Positions 26,727-32,000 of a stretch of 32,000 nt of DNA are shown here, piece after piece; positions within the stretch are counted from its first letter, which is position 1, and the number at the start of each line of letters is the position of its first letter. The DNA comes from Candidatus Hadarchaeota archaeon. GTDB taxonomy: Archaea > Hadarchaeota > Hadarchaeia > Hadarchaeales > Hadarchaeaceae. Both the position numbers and the translations under genes were made by a program. The stretch lies in NCBI GenBank assembly GCA_964514965.1, contig CAZETV010000001.1, positions 180,001 through 212,000 of the forward strand, in the 5' to 3' direction. The notes below the pieces were generated by a model, which had not been told where the DNA came from, ran no database searches, and worked only from the letters and a program-made list of their open reading frames with translations.

Positions 26727-27686
26727 TTAACTGGATTTGGGAGAAATAAGGGTTTTTTGTAACCGTTTCAACCCCAGTCCCTTCAGGAGTTCGCAGCTCT
26801 TGCAAATATTTATCGAGGTTCGCTCACCGCAGAGTTCGCATCTCCGCATTTCAAACTTTGGCGTCACGCGGGCAATATGCGGCTGTATCCTTTCAAACAT
26901 CCTCAAGATCATGAACTTTGAGTTTGGGTGATTCGTCTCGAGGCTATTCAGAAAGTCGCGAATCTCCGTGTGGATGCCGCTTGCGTACGGGCAGACTCCC
27001 AGATGCACCTTTAGTCCGCTGAGCAAGGCGTAAAGGGCCACCTCTTTCTCCGGAATTTCGCGCAACGGTTTGATTCGCGGGACGAACCCCTTTTGCGGCG
27101 GATAAGTTGACCCCAAGCGGTGAAGCCGGGAGAGGTCCGCCCGCACGTAGTTGAGCATGATTGCTTGGACTTCGTCGTCGAGATTGTGTGCGGTGGCTAG
27201 TTTGTCGGCCTCAAGCTCGCGAGCAGCTTGGTTGAGAAGCGAGCGCCGCATCACCCCGCAGTAGGTGCAGGGGTTCAACCCAGTTTTTTTAAGTTTTGCC
27301 AATTTTACCATCTTGTCGAGCGTTGCGCCGAAAATCGGTTTGAAGCTCACGACTGCATGCTCGACACTCAACGATTTCGCATTTTCCCGGGCTATTGACA
27401 CGCTTCGATCTCGATATCCCTTTATGCCTTCGTCAATCGTTATCGCAACGAGCTCACATTTTTTTTGTTTACAATAGTCGGCAAGCAAGTGCATGAGGAC
27501 GACGCTATCCTTTCCACCGGAAACCGCTACCGCAATTCGCCCCTTCGGAGAAATCATTTTGTGCTCGGCGATTGCACGCCGGAAGCGCTTTTCGACGCTT
27601 TTGATCAAACACCGGTCGCAGAGAAGTACCCCCGCGTAGCGTCGGTGGTAAGCCGCGCGCCGCCCACAAAAAGTACACTTGATCAC
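26727..27686 (-). CDS. tRNA 2-thiolation protein, TtuA/Ncs6 (CTU1) family
   Basis: CTFCGRRAAYHRRYAGVLLCDRC Zn motif, RIAVAVSGGKDSVVLMHLL PP-loop, NPCTYCGVMRRSLLN. Confidence 0.9.
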   Translation of the reverse strand: MIKCTFCGRRAAYHRRYAGVLLCDRCLIKSVEKRFRRAIAEHKMISPKGRIAVAVSGGKDSVVLMHLLADYCKQKKCELVAITIDEGIKGYRDRSVSIARENAKSLSVEHAVVSFKPIFGATLDKMVKLAKLKKTGLNPCTYCGVMRRSLLNQAARELEADKLATAHNLDDEVQAIMLNYVRADLSRLHRLGSTYPPQKGFVPRIKPLREIPEKEVALYALLSGLKVHLGVCPYASGIHTEIRDFLNSLETNHPNSKFMILRMFERIQPHIARVTPKFEMRRCELCGERTSINICKSCELLKGLGLKRLQKTLISPKSS

Positions 27687-27902
27687 TCAACCACCCGTGA
27701 CGATGGTCAAAATCTCGATGAGGTCACCATCGGAGAGGCGTTCCTCCTCGGCCACTATCTTCCCGTTGCGTCTCACGACGACGACCTCCCGGCTGTAGTC
27801 TAGCTCCCGCAGCAGGTCAGCAATGGTGGTGTGGGAGTCGAGCCGAATTTCTTGTTTGTGTTTCTTCCCGACTTGCTTTACTGTAACCGTGATGTGGGTC
27901 AT
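27687..27902 (-). CDS. Ubiquitin-like small modifier/sulfur carrier (SAMP/MoaD/ThiS family) with C-terminal GG
   Basis: 71 aa beta-grasp-like, ends ...LIEILTIVTGG; directly abuts the ncs6/ttuA-like gene. Confidence 0.87.
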   Translation of the reverse strand: MTHITVTVKQVGKKHKQEIRLDSHTTIADLLRELDYSREVVVVRRNGKIVAEEERLSDGDLIEILTIVTGG

Positions 27903-27906
27903 TTCA

Positions 27907-29100
27907 TCACATGAACATGGGTAAGAAGTTCACGATAATCAACGCCAGCACGATGAACGAGAATATATAGCTCACGCGTTTGGCCGTTTGTTTGGAACTC
28001 ACTCGCTCAACCACACCCTGCAAGATGTAACCTCCGTCAAGCGGCACGAGTGGAAGGAGGTTGAACATTCCTATAGCGAAGTTGAGCAGAAACATCCAAG
28101 TTAGCACAGAGACCAATGGCCAAGGGATTAATACATTGTCGGAGTACGGGTGGAACAACGGTTGCCCCATGATTCCGTATGATATTGCAACGAAGATATA
28201 GATGGGATTGGTAAAATTCGATCTTGGCAGAGCAGAAATTGTGGCCATACCTATAAAACCACGATTTTCATTATCCTCCCTCGCAACGGTGGTAAGAGTA
28301 AATATCCCGTTATCAGAAACAATACTAATATTTTCCCCGGGGCGTATATTCTCTGTAAAGTCGTAGTAATCCTGCCAAGTATTCATCTCAACACCGTTAA
28401 TCGAGAACAGGCGCATATCCGGTTGTATGCCCGCGTTTTCCGCTGGAGAGGTTTCACCTGTTCCCAGAACGTAAACACCCGGGCGTGGGACTACTACAAC
28501 TAGGAGGATGGCTAAACAAAGTAGTGCAAAAAGGATATTCGCGAACGACCCTGCGCTATACATTCGAAGACGCTGCAGGATGGGTGCTTTCTTCAGGCGT
28601 TTTTCGTCGGGCTCAACAAATGCCCCTGGAATGATTATGAAAACCATGGCCCCTACTGATTTCGTTGGTATCCCCTGAGCTCGAAGCAGGAAACCATGTG
28701 AAAATTCGTGCACGAGGAGCAAGCTGAACATCGCGATTAAACCTTCCCAAAGGGGTATGGTCACTCCCGGTATCACGAGTCTCACGCCGGCGGGAGCGGC
28801 CGCTATTTTTGGAGATGTGAGGATAAAAACCGCACTTAATATGATGACTACAAACATGAAGATCATAAGTCCGAATCCCGTAACTGTGGCAGCATTTCCA
28901 AAAATGCGCCATCCTCGTTTGTGAGAGCGACCAACACGGTCAATGAAGTCTAAACCACGTTCAGTGTGCCACATCAGCACGCCGGGGGAAATTGCGAAGC
29001 CCCGCTTTTCGAGATGATATTGGCGATTCGTTAGAAGTATGAAGCCCCAGAATAGAAGCAATGCTATAACGATTAGCGCCCATTCTATCATTTGAGTCAC
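27907..29100 (-). CDS. Site-2-protease (M50) family membrane metalloprotease with PDZ-like domain
   Basis: LLLVHEFSHGFLLRAQGIPTKSVG (HExxH), multiple TM segments, PDZ-like PAENAGIQPDMRLFSINGVEM. Confidence 0.88.
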   Translation of the reverse strand: MTQMIEWALIVIALLLFWGFILLTNRQYHLEKRGFAISPGVLMWHTERGLDFIDRVGRSHKRGWRIFGNAATVTGFGLMIFMFVVIILSAVFILTSPKIAAAPAGVRLVIPGVTIPLWEGLIAMFSLLLVHEFSHGFLLRAQGIPTKSVGAMVFIIIPGAFVEPDEKRLKKAPILQRLRMYSAGSFANILFALLCLAILLVVVVPRPGVYVLGTGETSPAENAGIQPDMRLFSINGVEMNTWQDYYDFTENIRPGENISIVSDNGIFTLTTVAREDNENRGFIGMATISALPRSNFTNPIYIFVAISYGIMGQPLFHPYSDNVLIPWPLVSVLTWMFLLNFAIGMFNLLPLVPLDGGYILQGVVERVSSKQTAKRVSYIFSFIVLALIIVNFLPMFM

Positions 29101-29160
29101 AGTCTATCTATACAACCAACAAAGTTTAAACATCTGCGCTCAGCTCAATTGTTGGGGCAC

Positions 29161-29472
29161 ATGTTTTCTCTGGTGTTAACAGCGGTGAAAAATCGCGCGG
29201 AAGCTAAGCGACTTAGCGAGAAGTTGGTGGCAGAAAAGCTCGCGGCCTGCGTGAGCGCTCTGCCAGGCGCAAGTTCAATTTACAGATGGCGCGGAAAGCT
29301 TGAAAGAGCTGGGGAGGTTCTACTCTTAATAAAAACCTCAAACAAAAAACTCGACCGCTTAATCCCGCGCATCAAAGAATTACACAGTTATGAAGTGCCC
29401 GAAATTTTAGTGATCCCAATCGAACGCGGGGCACCTGAATATTTAAAATGGATTGATGAAAGTTTGAAGTGA
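29161..29472 (+). CDS. cutA: Divalent-cation tolerance protein CutA
   Basis: MFSLVLTAVKNRAEAKRLSEKLVAEKLAACVSALPGASSIYRWRGKLERAGEVLLLIKTSN...HSYEVPEIL. Track start 29092 is too far upstream. Confidence 0.93.
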   Translation: MFSLVLTAVKNRAEAKRLSEKLVAEKLAACVSALPGASSIYRWRGKLERAGEVLLLIKTSNKKLDRLIPRIKELHSYEVPEILVIPIERGAPEYLKWIDESLK

Positions 29473-29600
29473 GTTTATGAATTTCTCGCTCGGAGATTTA
29501 CATCAGAAAGCGTCCGGGATAAACCTTCGAATGAGTCAAATTTCTGTTGCCCGTCTCATGAAAAACATTCTTGGTGGAAAACACATCGTAGGGCTTTGAT

Positions 29601-30302
29601 ATGGTCAAGCCAGTTCACGCCGCTGATGTTGCCGAAGTTGTGTATAGCGAAGAGCACTGGCAAATTTTCAGTGAATTACGAAAACGTGCGCTGGAATTGA
29701 TAGAATCCTTAATGAAGCAAGGATTTGATTCGGTTGTGCACGGGAGCGTCGCTCGAGGTGATGTCCGCAAAGGTAGCGATATAGATGTGTTCGTCCCCTA
29801 CGTCGTGCCCTCCTACAAGATCGAGCTAGCTCTCCATCAGTCCAAGCTTGAGCCGATGAAGCGGGAGATAGTTATGGCAACTCCTTGGCAGCTCCCGAAA
29901 GCAAACATTTACATCGAAGAAGACCGTTCGGTTACATTCCCGCTTGTGAGACCAAAACATCTAGAGGCTGAGTTCTATTTTTTCGGGGGAGCGGCTAGCT
30001 TCGCGCAGGTCAGGCAGGCGGTTCGTGTGCCGGGTGTCGACAAGCGCCTGATGCTGATCGAGCCTACACCACGGGGACATGTTGAAAGTCCAGTTATCGG
30101 TAGGGAAGCTGAGGTGGCGAAGCATGTCAATGTTAGCTTGGGGATTGTTCGAGAGCGCGTGCAGGTCCTGACTCGTAGGAAAGATGTAGGTCACACTGGA
30201 ATTTTCATCCAACGCACACTTTTGCCAGACGAAAGTTTTGAGGAAGTTTTCAAGCGGTTGGTGGAGAGCCATCCGGAGATGAAAGTTCGACTCAAGAAGT
30301 AG
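29601..30302 (+). CDS. Archaeal nucleotidyltransferase-domain protein
   Basis: SVVHGSVARGDVRKGSDIDVFVPYVVP (GSxxxG...DxD). Confidence 0.8.
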   Translation: MVKPVHAADVAEVVYSEEHWQIFSELRKRALELIESLMKQGFDSVVHGSVARGDVRKGSDIDVFVPYVVPSYKIELALHQSKLEPMKREIVMATPWQLPKANIYIEEDRSVTFPLVRPKHLEAEFYFFGGAASFAQVRQAVRVPGVDKRLMLIEPTPRGHVESPVIGREAEVAKHVNVSLGIVRERVQVLTRRKDVGHTGIFIQRTLLPDESFEEVFKRLVESHPEMKVRLKK

Positions 30303-31881
30303 CTTCCTTAAGGCGCGAGATGACGAACTCCTTATCAAGAACCGATATGAAGCTGCCCGCTCGGGGGCCGGACTCCCTACCCAGCAAGACTAGATAAATA
30401 GCTTTGAATAATTCGGGTGTTTTCAGATTAACTTGCTGGGCGAGTTCATAGATGTGGTTGTGAAGTTCGACCGGGGTAAAATCGCGGGAAGATATATCGG
30501 TAGTCAACTGTGTCAAACCCTGTTTCTGTTTTTGGGTGAGGAGCCCTGCAGCTTCGGCAGGAAGGGTTTCAGTAACTTTGAACCGCAGACGCTCGGGTGC
30601 ATATTTTGGTACCCAATTTTGCGCACACCTCAATCGGCGGAGGGCTAGTTTAATATCAACTTCGCTTGGGTCCGTTAGTATTCCTCTGGAAGTTAAAACG
30701 TCGATTGTCTGCTTTTCATCTCGCATGACTTGGCTCAGCACTGCGGAAAATTTGAATGGTACACGCTGCACAGGTCGTTTTGACGTTTCGTGAATCTGGG
30801 AAAGCTGGTAGATGCGCTTGAGCTGTTCTCCCTTTCGGGCACCTGTTTCAATCATGCCGAAATAGACTTGCTCCACGAGGTCGTACTCATCGTAAAGATC
30901 CAGCAGCGCTAGTCCAGGGTCGAACTCCTTGGCCTTCATAGATTTACTCTTAAAGATGAAGTAGCGCAGAAGTTCGGGCTCGGCTATCTCAAGCCATTGG
31001 GGGAGCGTGAACACAACTCCTTTCGAAGATGACATCTGTTTGCCCTTGAGGCTGACCCATTCATATGGTACGGGATAAGGGGCTTTGTATCCGAAAATTT
31101 GTTTTGCGATCGATTTACCCGTATCGTAACTTCCGCCAACGACTGCATGATCTTTGCCGAAGGGCTCGCAGGTAACGCCGAGCAACTTCCAGCGCGCGGG
31201 CCACTCCACCCGCCAAGTCAGTTTACCCTGACCTTTGGTGAAATCGGCCTCTCCCTCATAACCACAGCCGGCAGCGTAGTCAGACCCCTCGCACCTATAA
31301 CTTACGTAGTTATCGTGCCAGCTGTACGACCGAGTAGTTGCAAGCTTACCGCATCGCTCGCACAATGCATCATAAGGCAGCCAGTCCTCGGGCAATGGTC
31401 TGGAACGGTATCGGTTGAGGATCGTGCGAATTTTGTCGGCTTTCTCGAGGGCGACTCGGATTGAATCAGCCATCTTTCCGCTTTGATAAATTTCTGCACC
31501 TGAGTAAACCTTCACATCGACTCCGAAATCGTCGAATGATTCGATGAACGGGCGGGCGAAGTAATCGACGAAATTTTTGTACTTGGGATCGGGCGAGGGA
31601 ATATCGATGTAGGGCACACCTAAGTACTGCGCATATTTTTCAGCCAACTCACCCTCGTTCAACGGCCAAGGTATCCTGCGCATGGGGTCGAAATCGTCGG
31701 CATACCAAAAAGCCTCCCCTTCGCCCCCTAATTCCTCTAGCGCTCTTCGGACCCCGTCTGCTATGAAGACATCATTGCAATGGCCAATGTGAATGTGACC
31801 GGAAACGGAGATTCCGCTGGCGATAACATGTTTTTTTCCCCGTTTGAGCAGGGTTTTTGCGACTCGGTCTATCCAGTGCAT
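30292..31881 (-). CDS. lysS: Class I lysyl-tRNA synthetase
   Basis: SGISVSGHIHIGHCNDVFIADGVRRAL (HIGH), ADDFDPMRRIPW, KGKQMSSSKGVVFTLPQWLE (KMSKS-like), typical class I LysRS. Confidence 0.95.
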   Translation of the reverse strand: MHWIDRVAKTLLKRGKKHVIASGISVSGHIHIGHCNDVFIADGVRRALEELGGEGEAFWYADDFDPMRRIPWPLNEGELAEKYAQYLGVPYIDIPSPDPKYKNFVDYFARPFIESFDDFGVDVKVYSGAEIYQSGKMADSIRVALEKADKIRTILNRYRSRPLPEDWLPYDALCERCGKLATTRSYSWHDNYVSYRCEGSDYAAGCGYEGEADFTKGQGKLTWRVEWPARWKLLGVTCEPFGKDHAVVGGSYDTGKSIAKQIFGYKAPYPVPYEWVSLKGKQMSSSKGVVFTLPQWLEIAEPELLRYFIFKSKSMKAKEFDPGLALLDLYDEYDLVEQVYFGMIETGARKGEQLKRIYQLSQIHETSKRPVQRVPFKFSAVLSQVMRDEKQTIDVLTSRGILTDPSEVDIKLALRRLRCAQNWVPKYAPERLRFKVTETLPAEAAGLLTQKQKQGLTQLTTDISSRDFTPVELHNHIYELAQQVNLKTPELFKAIYLVLLGRESGPRAGSFISVLDKEFVISRLKEATS

Positions 31882-31926
31882 GTAACCGAGTAGATTTAAT
31901 ATTGTACACCTAAAATGTTAGCGGGT

Positions 31927-32000
31927 GTGAGATTGAAACCAGCCAAGCGTATGAAAGAAATCCCTCCGTCGAGCACGTTTAAAGTTTTGAACCTCGCCAA
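31927..32000 (+). CDS. Start of a PLP-dependent aminotransferase-like protein, runs off right edge
   Basis: GTG start, VRLKPAKRMKEIPPSSTFKVLNLA resembles archaeal class I aminotransferase N-termini; only ~24 codons visible. Confidence 0.35.
   Translation, partial: MRLKPAKRMKEIPPSSTFKVLNLA

Noticed and set aside
26447-26805. Three overlapping ORFs (26447-26689 +, 26504-26695 -, 26554-26805 -)
   Set aside because: They lie largely in the SRP RNA gene, whose domain IV motif and terminal pairing explain the sequence better.
31932-31940. ATTGAAAC, resembling a CRISPR 5' tag, near the right edge
   Set aside because: Only 8 nt matches, with no further repeat similarity; probably part of a coding start.

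Overview
This window comes from an archaeon (TATA promoters, BHB-intron tRNAs, class I LysRS, F420/methanopterin genes). It contains a compact, apparently complete type I-B CRISPR-Cas locus: a 24-repeat array at 2856-4393, then on the minus strand cas2, cas1, cas4, DUF234-type ATPase, cas3, cas5, cas7, a small ORF, cas8, a nucleotidyltransferase pair, a DUF4143-type ATPase and cas6. The locus sits in the convergent gap between mer and an frhB-like gene, inside a neighbourhood of coenzyme F420/tetrahydromethanopterin genes (cofD, cofE, mer, frhB-like, DHPS-like, second cofE). The main observations are: (i) the AT-rich effector cassette is bounded by a truncated cas4 5' fragment and a frameshifted cas6 3' fragment, while intact cas4 and cas6 lie beyond inserted accessory genes; (ii) the accessory genes (two ATPase-nuclease-like proteins and an NTase with a small partner) sit at these cas4 and cas6 scars, the cas6 scar being the position of CreTA-type guard modules in some I-B loci; (iii) an isolated inverted CRISPR-repeat-like element lies at 1030-1054; (iv) two adjacent spacers are 33/35 identical; (v) tandem palindromes lie next to the TATA box of the DUF234 ATPase/adaptation genes. 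The remainder is ordinary archaeal backbone: a phoU-like regulator with pstSCAB-phoU, tRNA-Val and tRNA-Ser each with a short intron, SRP RNA, an ncs6/ttuA-like gene with a ubiquitin-like gene, an M50 protease, cutA, an NTase and class I lysS. All calls are by eye from sequence; no database search was run.
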